Source of the DNA: a virus
Lineage: Duplodnaviria; Caudoviricetes
Direction: 5' to 3' (one strand)
Length of the DNA stretch: 64,000 bases
IMG/VR virus record: IMGVR_UViG_2675903036_000001
Coordinates: 22,710-86,709 of that record
Below are positions 17,556 to 27,901 of the stretch, one piece after another. A model generated the notes under the pieces. That model was not told the origin of the DNA and made no database searches. It saw only the letters and a list, made by a program, of their open reading frames with translations. The translations under genes were made by a program, and so were the position numbers. Every line of letters begins with the position of its first letter. Position 1 is the first letter of the stretch.

Positions 17556-18716
17556 ATGACAACGCTTCTAATCGATATAGGCCCATTGAGCGAACATCAA
17601 TCAGATGAAGCGCTAGAGGCAATCTACAAATCAGTCCACGATCATGGCGGTGATGATTCTATCTGGAATACGCATGAATCCCCATATATCAGACGATTAA
17701 TCGAGTTATTTACCGAACGAGGATTAACTCGTCTCGAAAAGGTAAGGACAGAGTTAACTGCGTGGGCTAAAGGTGAAAAACACCGTAAAGATAGTCCTGT
17801 TCCAAGGCCGGAGGGCATGATACGCCGGTGGGACAAAGGCGAGCTTGCATTGGTCAAGCTCTATCTTGAAGCCTTGCCACCGGAGCAATTCACCCTGGAT
17901 GATTGGGGAATGGTCGTTGATTTTTTGGTGCAGCGTTATCTGCCGGAAGATGAATTGCGTACCGAAGCAGAATGGCTGGCAACGCGATCAGGATTAATGG
18001 GCAAGGTGCAAGCAAACATGCAAAAGTCACCAAACTTGAAGCAGGCAGACAGGTTGCTGGCAGCTATGCCCAATACCGTCAAGGGTGCGTCCAAGCAATT
18101 CAAACTATCATCCGTGCAACATGCGGTACTGGACTTTGGGCGTGCGCGTGCAGCCGAAGCAGTGACAAGGCTATCTGACAACGTGCGTCACAAAATGCGT
18201 GATGTGATCATGCAGCATGAAGAACAGAAGATGCTCAATGGTGGAGCAGCTACGCCGGGGTCAGCCCTAAAAACGCGATTGTTAGATGAATTTGCCGTAT
18301 TGAACAGAGATTGGCGGCGTATTGCGTTGACAGAAGCAGGGGAAACCGCCAATCAAGGTTTTATTTCCAGTATGAAGCCTGGCAGCAAATTGAGGCGCGT
18401 TGAACAATACGCGAATGCCTGTTCTTTCTGCAGGAAGATTGATGGCGCCATTGTAGAGGTTGTGGAGCCTTCGAAGCCATTAAAGAATCCCGATACGATG
18501 GTTTGGCTTGGAAAAACCAATGTGGGGCGTTCATTGTCACCACACAAGCGCGTGGGAGGTGAATTAATCGAGCGCTTGCCGGAAGAACGCTGGTGGATTG
18601 CGGCAGGTGTACAGCATCCGCACTGCCGTGGACAGTGGATAAAATTACCTGAATCAAGACCAGAAGACGATCCTGATTTTGCTGAATGGCTAAGAAGAAC
18701 GTTGGAGCAGATATGA
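17556..18716 (+). CDS. MuF/SPP1 gp7-like head morphogenesis protein
   Basis: RIALTE, ACSFC, QHPHCRG; ATG at 17556 preferred. Confidence 0.75.
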   Translation: MTTLLIDIGPLSEHQSDEALEAIYKSVHDHGGDDSIWNTHESPYIRRLIELFTERGLTRLEKVRTELTAWAKGEKHRKDSPVPRPEGMIRRWDKGELALVKLYLEALPPEQFTLDDWGMVVDFLVQRYLPEDELRTEAEWLATRSGLMGKVQANMQKSPNLKQADRLLAAMPNTVKGASKQFKLSSVQHAVLDFGRARAAEAVTRLSDNVRHKMRDVIMQHEEQKMLNGGAATPGSALKTRLLDEFAVLNRDWRRIALTEAGETANQGFISSMKPGSKLRRVEQYANACSFCRKIDGAIVEVVEPSKPLKNPDTMVWLGKTNVGRSLSPHKRVGGELIERLPEERWWIAAGVQHPHCRGQWIKLPESRPEDDPDFAEWLRRTLEQI

Positions 18717-19291
18717 TACTTTTCTTGAAAGCTCACCCTATTAATCAGGCCATTTCACGTAGCACGTCAGCAAGCAAATTGAATGATAATGGAATCCGTC
18801 GCAATCCTGGCGAACCATCACCAGAGGCTGCTAAGGAAGGAAACTATAAAAAGCCGGTGATGAAGTGGCGTGGTCTGACCATTCGTATCGAGAATCCTGC
18901 CGGTTCCGTGCGTCGAGGGAATGGGTGGGAAACCAGAATGAAATATGACTATGGTTATATATCCGGTTCAAACGGGGTCGATGGCGACGAAGTAGATGTG
19001 TATATTGGCCCAAATCTCGATGTCACTGAAATGGTTTACGTTGTGCATCAGCGTAAATATGGGGACTGGAACAAGTACGACGAAGATAAATGCTTGATCG
19101 GATTTATGAGTGAGGATGAAGCCAAGGCAGCTTACCTTGCGCATTACGATGATCCACGCTTTCTAGGGCCGATAACAGCATTGCCGGTTGAGGAATTTAT
19201 CGAAAAGGTCAAAGCGACAAGAGAACAGTCTGGAATGATCAAATCGATGATTCTATTCTTCAAAGCCAACGTCAATCGGTGCTCGATTTAA
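18713..19291 (+). CDS. inorganic-pyrophosphatase-like (InPase) domain protein with ILFLKA leader
   Basis: IENPAGSVR, YDYGYI.G..GVDGDEVDVYIG, VVHQ, DEDKCLIGF; ATGA-coupled to MuF. Confidence 0.75.
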   Translation: MILFLKAHPINQAISRSTSASKLNDNGIRRNPGEPSPEAAKEGNYKKPVMKWRGLTIRIENPAGSVRRGNGWETRMKYDYGYISGSNGVDGDEVDVYIGPNLDVTEMVYVVHQRKYGDWNKYDEDKCLIGFMSEDEAKAAYLAHYDDPRFLGPITALPVEEFIEKVKATREQSGMIKSMILFFKANVNRCSI

Positions 19292-19350
19292 TGCTGCGAT
19301 GATGAATATCTAAGCATTACATTCTTAAAACAAGATTCATAAAAAAAGCA

Positions 19351-19365
19351 TCGTGACACGACAAT
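19351..19365 (+). promoter_or_regulatory. putative late promoter TCGTGA-cac-GACAAT
   Basis: repeated motif, 34 nt before the ATG. Confidence 0.65.
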
Positions 19366-19399
19366 AGGCTCAATAACCTTTTGTCGAAGTCGCGAGCCT

Positions 19400-22300
19400 A
19401 TGTTGATTCTTTTCCTGAAAGCAGAACAGCAATCACTGCTGTTTGACGCTCCTGTATTAGTGCAGGGGTCAGTCCGTAAAGACGGAAGTGTAGTAAAACC
19501 GCACGTGCGGATTCAAAAAAAGAAACTGCCTGATTCTGGCGGTACACAGGGGAATTTATTTGGTGATAATTCCACTGAACAATCGAAAAAACCCTCAAAG
19601 TTAGACGCATTCATTGCCAAGCAAGGCGGAATGCAGTCTCTTGCGTCCAAGCTATCAATGCTGACTGAAGGTCAGCAGCAGACCATCTTTGAAAAGATGG
19701 CGGCGCTGGATGGAAAGAACGTCAAAGAAGTAGCTGCGATGTTTGACGGCTTTTCTGTCAGTGAGATCGAACAGAAGCAGCCGGATTTGTTCACATTGCA
19801 ACATGAAGCGGTAAAGGAAGCAAACAAAGAAGAGTTTGCGGAAGAGGACAAAGCTCCACAGATTATCAATCATCTTGACCCACTTGAATTTGGCGTTAAA
19901 GCCGGTATCACCAAGTCAGAACGGCGCAAACTCAATGCACAGGCCGTAGCTATCGTCACAGACAAAACTTCATCGGATATCACTGAAGACGACCGTGCGA
20001 TCCTGCGTCAGTATTCCGGCAATGGTGGCTGTGGTGATTCGCTCAATGAATTCTATACCGATCCGGCAGTTGCGCTTGCCATGTGGAAAGTCGCGGAAAA
20101 GCTGGGTATTACTCACGGTACAGCCTTGGAGCCTTCATGTGGATCGGGCGTATTCCTGCACACTGCGCCTGCTGGATTCAAGGTTACTGGCGTTGAATTG
20201 GAAAGCATCTCTGCCAAGATGGCCGAAGCATTACATGGTGAACGGCATGAAATCGTGAATGCTTCGCTGGAGCGATTTGCTACTCAGGATACGCGACGAT
20301 TTGATATCGTAATCGGCAATCCCCCCTATGGGCCGCGCGGCATGCTTGCCAGGGATGACAAGAAAGAGCTGTCCAAAGCGGAAGAGTATTTCATTGATAC
20401 CAGTCTGGACAAGACCCGTGCAGATGGACTATGCATGCTGGTAGTGCCAAGCGGCATTATGGGTAGCAAGAATGGCCGCAAATTCAGGGAGCGCATGCTG
20501 AGAAAAGCGGAGTTCCTGGGCGCTCAGCGATTGCCTAACAGTGCATTCGAGGCAAGTCATACCGATGTGACGACCGACATTATTTACCTTCGCAAAAGGC
20601 CGGATGATATAGCAGGCGCATTATGCGTTGTGGATAAGAAAGCTCTGCAAGCGCTTGGTGTGTGGGATGATGAATTTCTGGCAGGAAAATACTTCGAAGG
20701 ACGAGGGAAAGCCAGCGTGTTTGGCGAGGTGGGCACTGCCAAGCGTGCGTTCGGTGAAATTTATACCGTAAATGGGACAATGCGCGGCGTGCCATTTTTG
20801 ATCGAGGAATTCAATCCTCATTCACAAACGGTTACGCCGTCGATTAATGACATTCTGTCGGTATTACCGGATCAAGCGGCCAAGGATAAAGCGCTCAATG
20901 CAGCTGAAAAGCAACCATATCAGAATGGCGCCAAGGTAGGTGATATCAAGGTTGAGGATGGCGTGACCTATGTGCTGCAGGGTAATCCACCACGTTGGCA
21001 TCGGGTGGATGATGCGATGCAATCCGAAGCTGTTACCCAAGCGCAAGCATTGGCATCTGAAATTGATCGTCTTATGGACGGCGAGGTGGCAGACCGGGCT
21101 GCGCTCGAGCAATCCCTCCGTGACTGGGTGGCGCGGCACGGCATACCGGCCAAGCATCCAGAGCTGTTAATCGCAGCAGCCCAGGATAAAACGCTTTATC
21201 GGTTAATCGGTGCGGTAGGCAAGGACGGCAGATTGTCCGATGCGGTGATGGGCAGAGCCGCGCGCAGAATAGAGGGTGGATTCGATGCAGTAGCACAATC
21301 ATTGGCGTTGACGCATGAGTCTGGTGATTTCTCGGTTGCTGAATTAGCCGAAGCGCTAGACAGAGATCAGGACGATATCCTGGATCAGCTGACTGCGGAT
21401 CATCGTTATGCATATGTCGATGGCGATAGATGGTCTACTATGGATACTTACCTGACAGGTCATCTATGGTCTAAACTTGATCAAGTCAAGAGCCAGCTTG
21501 CCAGCAATGAATTAGTCATGGTTATGCGTTCAAAGCTGGAAAATCAGCAAAAGAGACTTGAAGAAACCATCGATCCAAAATCACTGGAAGATGTGGAAAT
21601 TCAGTTAAACAGCGCATTCATTCCCCTAAGCATTCTGGAAGCATGGATTGACGATAAGGCTGACAGATTACGCGAGTCCAACCCCGGTTCAGGCTGGTAT
21701 CAAAACCTTAAGCAAGCTTCCATCACTTTTGAGAATGGCATTTACACCATAGGCAAAGGTACGGCGATCAATGAATCCTTGCTCGATAAATACTTGAATC
21801 GAACGGGCGTCAGAAAGGACGATTTGCCGACAATTGATGAATGGAACGAAGCATTCAAAAATTGGCTATGCGCATCAGAGTATCGAGACGCAGTAGAGGA
21901 TTTATATAACCGTAAATTCCGTGGCTTCGTGCATCGAGAATTCACCGATGAACCGATTGATGTGCCTGGATTGGCCAATCAAGACCAACTAAAACGTTAC
22001 CAATGGCCGGGGCTGAAATGGGCGTTATCGGTCGGTAAAGGGATTATTGCGGATGATGTTGGATTAGGGAAGACCGTAAAGGGCCTGTTGCTCGCACGAT
22101 TGGCCAAGCTTACCGGCAAGGCGCATAAGCCGATGATCATGGTTCCTAAGTCAGTATTAGCTAACTGGTACGTGGAGTCTCAAAAATGGTTCCCCGGTTC
22201 CAAGGTGCTTACCATAGGCGGTGATTTCTCCTATAACGACAAAGGTGAATTAGTCGGGCGTGACGATAATAAGAACGAGCGTGAACGCAAATATCATGAT

Positions 22301-25300
22301 CTGACGCAAAACGATTATGATTTCGTAATCATATCTGAGCCGGTCTTTCAGGAAATAGACCTTGATCCGGTGACGAAGAAAGAAATGTATGACACTGATT
22401 TCTGGGTGCAGCGTGGTGATTCGCTTGGCAATGCAGGGGATAAGCGCGTCAAGAAAATTCGAGAAGCCTACGAGCAGTCTATTGCAAAACGTGAATTCGA
22501 AGACAGAACGGGCGTGATCTACTTTAATGATCTTGGTGTGGACATGATCATTGCAGATGAAGCGCATCACACAAAAAACCTCTATGCCGCAAAATCGCGT
22601 TTTGGCGACAATCCCAAGTTCCTGGGTGGACAAGGACTATCAAACCGTGCGTTGGATTTCAATCTGAAAGCACGTTGGTTATTGGGACAAAACGGCGGTA
22701 AAGGCGTATATGGATTGACGGCCACACCGACCAAAAATAGCCCCCTGGAAATCTATTCGATGTTGTCGCATATCGCACCAGAAGCGTTTGAAAGCATCGG
22801 TATCCGTAACAGCGAGGAATTTCTTGATCGATTCTGCAAGTTCGAGCGTGATAACGTGCTGGGAACCAACGGCGAGATTGATGAAGCGCTGGTGGTGGCG
22901 GGTTTCAAAAACATGGAAGAACTGCGCACGCTCATGAGCCAATATGTCAGGAGGACAACCGCAGAGGATGTCGGATTGATATTGCCGAAACGCGACGACC
23001 GCATGCATCTGATCGACATGACGCCTGAACAACAGGCGGTTTATGTGGAATTGCGCGACATGGCTGCCGAAGCTGCTAAAAAGGATGCTACCGGTGATGC
23101 GCATATCTTCAGTGTCATGGACAAAATGAACAAAGCGGCGCTTGACCTGGAAATATACGATCCGGTTACCTATCAAGGTACCAGCAGTCCAAAATACGAG
23201 GCATTGTCCAAGCACGTGGCGGAGGGCGTCAAGGATGGCGGGCAGGTGATTTTTGCCGATTACGTGGATGCGCACGACAAGATTGTGAAAGCGCTCGTAA
23301 AGGCAGGCATACCCAAAAACCAGATTGGCATTATCAATGCACAGGTGGCATCCAGCGCGGTGAAACGGCAAAACATCGCCGATCAGTTCAATGCAGGCAA
23401 ATTGAAGGTGGTAATCGGCAATACTGCAACCATGGGTGAGGGAATCAATTTGCAGAAAGGCACTACTGATATTCATCACATGGATCTGCCGTGGGAACCG
23501 GCCAGCATTCAACAGCGCAACGGTCGCGGATTGCGGCAAGGCAATATTAAAGAAGCGGTGAGGATACACACCTATCTGTCGAAAGGATCATTCGATGGTT
23601 ATCGTTATCAGTCAATCGGCGCAAAAAAAGACTGGCAAGACCTGTTGTGGAAAGGCGGGGATACTATTGAAAATCTGTCCCGGGAGGGCAACATCAGCCG
23701 TGATGAAATGCTGATCATGCTGTCCGCCGATCCGGACGCGGCGCGCGCTAGATTCGATTCTGACAAGAAAGCGGCTCTAGAGCGGCATGAAGCAGGAGAG
23801 CGCGCAAAAGCTTCTGAAGAATTCGTGCGCTTCCAGTCACTGAGAGCAAGCTACCAGTCGCTCAAGGACAAGAACACCACAAGCGCGGCTTTGTTGCAAT
23901 CCAAGCTGGAGAAAGCTAAAACCGCTCTGAGAGGCAATCGCTTCTTTACGGGTAAGTCATTGATCGATTCCGCTACCGATGCGCTCATGGAGCCCAAGAC
24001 CGGCCTGGTATTGCATGCCAATGTGGCGTTTCATGCAGTAGATGAAAAAGGTGAGAACGAGGGTAAATTTGTGGTGACCGGCGTCAATCTGAAGGAAAAA
24101 ACGGTGACGGTGAGACCGTATGCGGATATCAATGGTCGCAAGAAGGCTGTCAAATTGTCAGATCTGAATCATGGTATTAAGCCTTTTGCATTCAATGAGG
24201 ATAGCGAAGCTAAAGAGCTGGCTGCGAAGATGGAATCCGATGCAGCGAATAAAGCCAACAATATTACGGATTACAAACAGTTATCGGAGTTGCCATCAAG
24301 GGTTCTGCGTGAATCGCATGACGCCATACAGCAACAGCTTAAGGAAGGGGCAAGATCATACAAGATTTCGTTCCACGCTGGTAAAGTGCCGATGGTTCAT
24401 CGTGAGAGTGGAGGGATTGATTTGGTTAATAACTACTCAATCCGTGACAAGCTGGATAGTCATGATTTCCTGCTGCCGACCGATGACGCCAGGAAGAAAC
24501 TGGCAGACGCCTGGCTGGATGAAGAGCGCAATGTCAGGTTTGGAACTACTTTTGTTAAAACAGGGAGAAGAGGTTCATCATCCTCTCAGACGCATGCTGT
24601 CAGGGAGTATCAGAATGCGGATTACAGCAGCAAACAACATAACCCTTGGTCTGAGCATGTAGCATCCGCGAATGGCGAGAAACATTCGTATTACGAGGAT
24701 GAATATGGCGCCAGTACGCCATCCATCAAGGCATTACGCGAGAGGCTGAAAAAAGAACAGATTGATCGCGCTAAGAAAGCCACTACATTAACGGATACAA
24801 TCAATATCCTTGCGCCATTGGGCGCAGTGCAAGACAAGGTGAAGGGATATGGCGCAAAAGTTAAGCTGCCCAGAAAAGCATTAGCGATCCTGTGGGCCAA
24901 GGCGAGGCATTTGGGCGTGCTGGGCGAGAAATTGGACGATCATCTGCCAGGGGAAGAAAAGAATTACGGGAAGTATGAAAAACATTCCAGTTATTTCCAT
25001 GGATCAAGAAAAGATAAAACGGTGCATGCTGCATTGATTGGCATGGCGAAAGATGCCGGATATGACGACCTCGCTGCGGCAATGATTGAGTCTGGTCTGC
25101 GTCACCATAAGAAATCTGATCACAAAGAGGTGTTGAGCGAGTTGCACCAAGACTACGGTCACAGCGATCAAGTGCTTAAAATGATGCTTAAATTAGCGGA
25201 AGCATCGGGCATTGCTGACATGAAAGCGGTTAATGCGGAAACAGGCATTCAGAATGCTGGCATACTGCGGCCTAGACAATGGGGTGGCGATGAGCATAAA

Positions 25301-25342
25301 ACGATACGAGAAATAATACAGGAGCGTATGAAGAATGGTTGA
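19400..25342 (+). CDS. DarB-like giant protein: N6-adenine methyltransferase + SNF2-type SF2 helicase
   Basis: LEPSCGSG, IGNPPY, DVGLGKT, DEAH, TATP, GEGINLQ, QRNGRGLRQG. Confidence 0.9.
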   Translation: MLILFLKAEQQSLLFDAPVLVQGSVRKDGSVVKPHVRIQKKKLPDSGGTQGNLFGDNSTEQSKKPSKLDAFIAKQGGMQSLASKLSMLTEGQQQTIFEKMAALDGKNVKEVAAMFDGFSVSEIEQKQPDLFTLQHEAVKEANKEEFAEEDKAPQIINHLDPLEFGVKAGITKSERRKLNAQAVAIVTDKTSSDITEDDRAILRQYSGNGGCGDSLNEFYTDPAVALAMWKVAEKLGITHGTALEPSCGSGVFLHTAPAGFKVTGVELESISAKMAEALHGERHEIVNASLERFATQDTRRFDIVIGNPPYGPRGMLARDDKKELSKAEEYFIDTSLDKTRADGLCMLVVPSGIMGSKNGRKFRERMLRKAEFLGAQRLPNSAFEASHTDVTTDIIYLRKRPDDIAGALCVVDKKALQALGVWDDEFLAGKYFEGRGKASVFGEVGTAKRAFGEIYTVNGTMRGVPFLIEEFNPHSQTVTPSINDILSVLPDQAAKDKALNAAEKQPYQNGAKVGDIKVEDGVTYVLQGNPPRWHRVDDAMQSEAVTQAQALASEIDRLMDGEVADRAALEQSLRDWVARHGIPAKHPELLIAAAQDKTLYRLIGAVGKDGRLSDAVMGRAARRIEGGFDAVAQSLALTHESGDFSVAELAEALDRDQDDILDQLTADHRYAYVDGDRWSTMDTYLTGHLWSKLDQVKSQLASNELVMVMRSKLENQQKRLEETIDPKSLEDVEIQLNSAFIPLSILEAWIDDKADRLRESNPGSGWYQNLKQASITFENGIYTIGKGTAINESLLDKYLNRTGVRKDDLPTIDEWNEAFKNWLCASEYRDAVEDLYNRKFRGFVHREFTDEPIDVPGLANQDQLKRYQWPGLKWALSVGKGIIADDVGLGKTVKGLLLARLAKLTGKAHKPMIMVPKSVLANWYVESQKWFPGSKVLTIGGDFSYNDKGELVGRDDNKNERERKYHDLTQNDYDFVIISEPVFQEIDLDPVTKKEMYDTDFWVQRGDSLGNAGDKRVKKIREAYEQSIAKREFEDRTGVIYFNDLGVDMIIADEAHHTKNLYAAKSRFGDNPKFLGGQGLSNRALDFNLKARWLLGQNGGKGVYGLTATPTKNSPLEIYSMLSHIAPEAFESIGIRNSEEFLDRFCKFERDNVLGTNGEIDEALVVAGFKNMEELRTLMSQYVRRTTAEDVGLILPKRDDRMHLIDMTPEQQAVYVELRDMAAEAAKKDATGDAHIFSVMDKMNKAALDLEIYDPVTYQGTSSPKYEALSKHVAEGVKDGGQVIFADYVDAHDKIVKALVKAGIPKNQIGIINAQVASSAVKRQNIADQFNAGKLKVVIGNTATMGEGINLQKGTTDIHHMDLPWEPASIQQRNGRGLRQGNIKEAVRIHTYLSKGSFDGYRYQSIGAKKDWQDLLWKGGDTIENLSREGNISRDEMLIMLSADPDAARARFDSDKKAALERHEAGERAKASEEFVRFQSLRASYQSLKDKNTTSAALLQSKLEKAKTALRGNRFFTGKSLIDSATDALMEPKTGLVLHANVAFHAVDEKGENEGKFVVTGVNLKEKTVTVRPYADINGRKKAVKLSDLNHGIKPFAFNEDSEAKELAAKMESDAANKANNITDYKQLSELPSRVLRESHDAIQQQLKEGARSYKISFHAGKVPMVHRESGGIDLVNNYSIRDKLDSHDFLLPTDDARKKLADAWLDEERNVRFGTTFVKTGRRGSSSSQTHAVREYQNADYSSKQHNPWSEHVASANGEKHSYYEDEYGASTPSIKALRERLKKEQIDRAKKATTLTDTINILAPLGAVQDKVKGYGAKVKLPRKALAILWAKARHLGVLGEKLDDHLPGEEKNYGKYEKHSSYFHGSRKDKTVHAALIGMAKDAGYDDLAAAMIESGLRHHKKSDHKEVLSELHQDYGHSDQVLKMMLKLAEASGIADMKAVNAETGIQNAGILRPRQWGGDEHKTIREIIQERMKNG

Positions 25343-25661
25343 TCCTAAGACCTTTGCGGAATCAACTCTACAATTATTGCAGCAAGACCCGAGGCGATAC
25401 CATAATTTCGGGGTGTACTGGTATTTCGTCAAGGCGCTCATGAAGCGGTATTACACCAAAGATAATCTGCATCTCCTTGGCGAGTATATGGATGCTGACA
25501 CCATGGCGAGAATGCCTGAGCACGCTACTTTGCAGGAAGCAATAGAAGCGGCTATCGAGGAATACCGGCATAATGCCAGCTTCAACCTTGGTCGCTCGAC
25601 CGTCGAGGATTTAACAGGTGGCGGTGTGCTTGACCTGCATGATGAGGATGCTGGCGTCTAA
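25335..25661 (+). CDS. hypothetical protein overlapping the end of the DarB-like gene
   Basis: 108 aa; overlap with the upstream stop. Confidence 0.65.
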   Translation: MVDPKTFAESTLQLLQQDPRRYHNFGVYWYFVKALMKRYYTKDNLHLLGEYMDADTMARMPEHATLQEAIEAAIEEYRHNASFNLGRSTVEDLTGGGVLDLHDEDAGV

Positions 25662-25701
25662 CTTTCGATAGCGAGAGATCCCTCGTCGTGTGAGCGTTCT
25701 G

Positions 25702-25716
25702 TCGTGACCGTACCAT
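25702..25716 (+). promoter_or_regulatory. putative late promoter TCGTGA-ccg-TACCAT, ATG 7 nt downstream
   Basis: repeated motif. Confidence 0.7.
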
Positions 25717-25723
25717 AGCGCGT

Positions 25724-25858
25724 ATGAGCCAGATTGTATTCATCAAAGCTTTCAGCAGCGAATGGAAGGAGGAGGATCATTCCCGTGATGGTAACGGAAA
25801 ATTTGCTGAAAAATCATCCGCCAGTACCGGGTCGAGCCTGCTCCACAACCGTGGGTAA
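25724..25858 (+). pseudogene. 44-aa leader-only stump of a cargo gene (MSQIVFIKAFSSEWKEEDHSRDGNGKFAEK...)
   Basis: hand translation, below the ORF-track cutoff; paralogous to the N-terminus of 27902..33175. Confidence 0.65.
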
Positions 25859-25972
25859 ATAGCGTTATCCATGAACTCTACAGGGAAACTCTGTTTTTGG
25901 CTGTCTGATTTTTCTGGAAGCTGAGGCGCATGGTTTCTACATTTGCATCAATTCCATTTTTTACAGCAATTT

Positions 25973-26129
25973 CACGAGCTTCCTGCTGAAGCAGGACTGC
26001 CATTAATGGGATGCGTTAGATGATCTGGCCAAGCTCTTGATCACCGGCTCAACAGAAGTAAGCGAGGCATTGACGCATATCGGCATCGCCACTCGCTACC
26101 TGAATCGCTGGATGGGAAGGAGCCGCTAA
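25973..26129 (+). pseudogene. remnant of a second antirepressor 3' end
   Basis: diverged copy of 10766-10921, near-identical over its last ~80 nt, with a 1-nt insertion. Confidence 0.85.
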
Positions 26130-26148
26130 CTCATCATTAGCTGGTAAT

Positions 26149-26178
26149 AGGGAAGGAGTGAAATTTCGCTCTTTCCCT
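26149..26178. terminator. hairpin between convergent genes
   Basis: AGGGAAGGAGTGAA-at-TTCGCTCTTTCCCT. Confidence 0.55.
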
Positions 26179-26239
26179 TCAGCTCATCAAGGACAAAGAC
26201 GCTTGATTTGTCGCGGCTATACGATTGATTGAGTTTTTA

Positions 26240-27598
26240 TCAAAGTGAAACTTTTGCTCTTTCCATAGCCTTCTCATCAAGGGAAAACAGATTTACGCGT
26301 ATCGCGCGACTGAGCGCAGCCTGATGCAATTGCTCTTCAGTTTGGCCAGATGGATTATTCGCTGTCTTCACGTTTTGATATTCAATACTGAAATCCAGGA
26401 TATTGAGTAAGGAGTTTTGATTCGTCGAAGAACCGGAATATGCAATCGTGTGCTGAAACCCGAGCTGGGCAAGGAATCTGGCAAAATTCGTGAAGTATGT
26501 GGAATAAGTGCTCAGTGCCGATGGCAATACCCAGGAGATGTGTTTTAGCTTGCTTGTGACCATATCATCGGTAGTAGTGTCGAATGTGCCTGCCAGCGAT
26601 TTCCAAGGTTGCACCTGGGTATAGGTATTCTGGGGGATACCGAATAACCCCTTGGCATTCAGCGCATTGAGAGCCGCTCCAACGGCGATTGATCCTGTGA
26701 TGGTTTCCGAGGGACTTGCAGAAGTAGGTTGAGCGATATTTTTTTCATAGATGAACGGTATTTGTTCAAGAGTAGAGCTCTGCCATGCATGAGGGACGAC
26801 ATCCAGGGTATTGTATTCACTCGTGTAGGTGAGGCTTGCGTTATTACCTTGCGGAATCGATCCGATGACGTACTCGTAGTAGGAAGCGAAATTGGTTTCT
26901 CCCGGGGTAGGGCCCGCCGTAGCCCATACGTCGATTTCTGTTACCTTGCCATTTGAGTTCCAATTCTGAAGATTTTGCATGTAGAGAGCCAGCACAGGAG
27001 AGAGCGCTCCGCCCAAGCTATGTCCTGCTACGGCAACGTTAGCTCCTGACGGGATGTTGACCGTGGTGCTCGCTAATTGACTCTGAAGGACTGTGAGCAT
27101 GGTGTTGCTGTTCGCATCCACCATACTGAGCAAGGCCGAGAGACCGTCCGCCGCGCCTTGGGAGATGGCTGCATCAGCATACTGACTTGGTAAAGTCAAT
27201 TCATTGCCGAGTATGCTTTGCCACGTTACGTTGGTGTGTACGCCGAAATCTTCCGTTAACCACCCATACACCGAATCGATGTTGGTGCCAGCTATCGCCA
27301 CGACGAATTGATTTTGAGAAGGACTGTAGAAAAGTACCATTGTGTTATCTGCGATGGCTGGGACAGCTAATGGATTGTGTGACCAGATAACTGGTCCCCA
27401 AATGACTTGCCAGTCGTTACCGATAAATCCTTGAATTGTTGTATCGTTAAGCGACGCCGTGATGACCTTTGCTACAAATCCCTGAAGATCGGTGATTGTA
27501 TTGAAGGAGGTTACTCCGAATGCTGCATTGGAGAGCAGGGAAAGACTATGGATTTGCTGCTCTATGGAATATGTTCCGGGTTGCGCTGTCTGTTCCAT
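26240..27598 (-). CDS. class 3 lipase family protein (moron)
   Basis: VVAIAGT, GHSLGG nucleophile elbow, AGPTPG, DVVP; ATG at 27598 after AAGGA. Confidence 0.85.
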   Translation of the reverse strand: MEQTAQPGTYSIEQQIHSLSLLSNAAFGVTSFNTITDLQGFVAKVITASLNDTTIQGFIGNDWQVIWGPVIWSHNPLAVPAIADNTMVLFYSPSQNQFVVAIAGTNIDSVYGWLTEDFGVHTNVTWQSILGNELTLPSQYADAAISQGAADGLSALLSMVDANSNTMLTVLQSQLASTTVNIPSGANVAVAGHSLGGALSPVLALYMQNLQNWNSNGKVTEIDVWATAGPTPGETNFASYYEYVIGSIPQGNNASLTYTSEYNTLDVVPHAWQSSTLEQIPFIYEKNIAQPTSASPSETITGSIAVGAALNALNAKGLFGIPQNTYTQVQPWKSLAGTFDTTTDDMVTSKLKHISWVLPSALSTYSTYFTNFARFLAQLGFQHTIAYSGSSTNQNSLLNILDFSIEYQNVKTANNPSGQTEEQLHQAALSRAIRVNLFSLDEKAMERAKVSL

Positions 27599-27879
27599 TT
27601 TTTGTATCCTTTTCTGGAAGGGAGTGGTGTGTAGGAGAAACAAAAGCCCTTTTACGTAAATAGCGCTTATCGCAATACAATCCGAATTTACTGGATAGGC
27701 CGTCAGACAGGGCATGAAAACAATATAGGGGAGGCAAAACAGGAGCAATAAATGAAAAAGAACCGTTTTCCCCCTGTTATTTAAGTGTTCTGATATGCCA
27801 AAAGCATGGTAAGCCAATTATTGTCGAATTGATCATGGCTAACGCAATTTTTGATTGCTCTTGTCTGGAAACACATATG

Positions 27880-27894
27880 TCGTGACCTCAAAAT
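27880..27894 (+). promoter_or_regulatory. putative late promoter TCGTGA-cct-CAAAAT, ATG 7 nt downstream
   Basis: repeated motif. Confidence 0.7.
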
Positions 27895-27901
27895 AGAGGC
27901 C

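Noticed and set aside
22679-23569. 296-aa minus-strand ORF and similar long antisense ORFs (e.g. 33614-34351, 38561-39091, 52301-52822)
   Set aside because: Shadows of well-supported plus-strand genes with no recognisable motifs
25841-25875. Degenerate DnaA-box-like cluster after the stump ORF
   Set aside because: All copies have two or more mismatches; too weak to call
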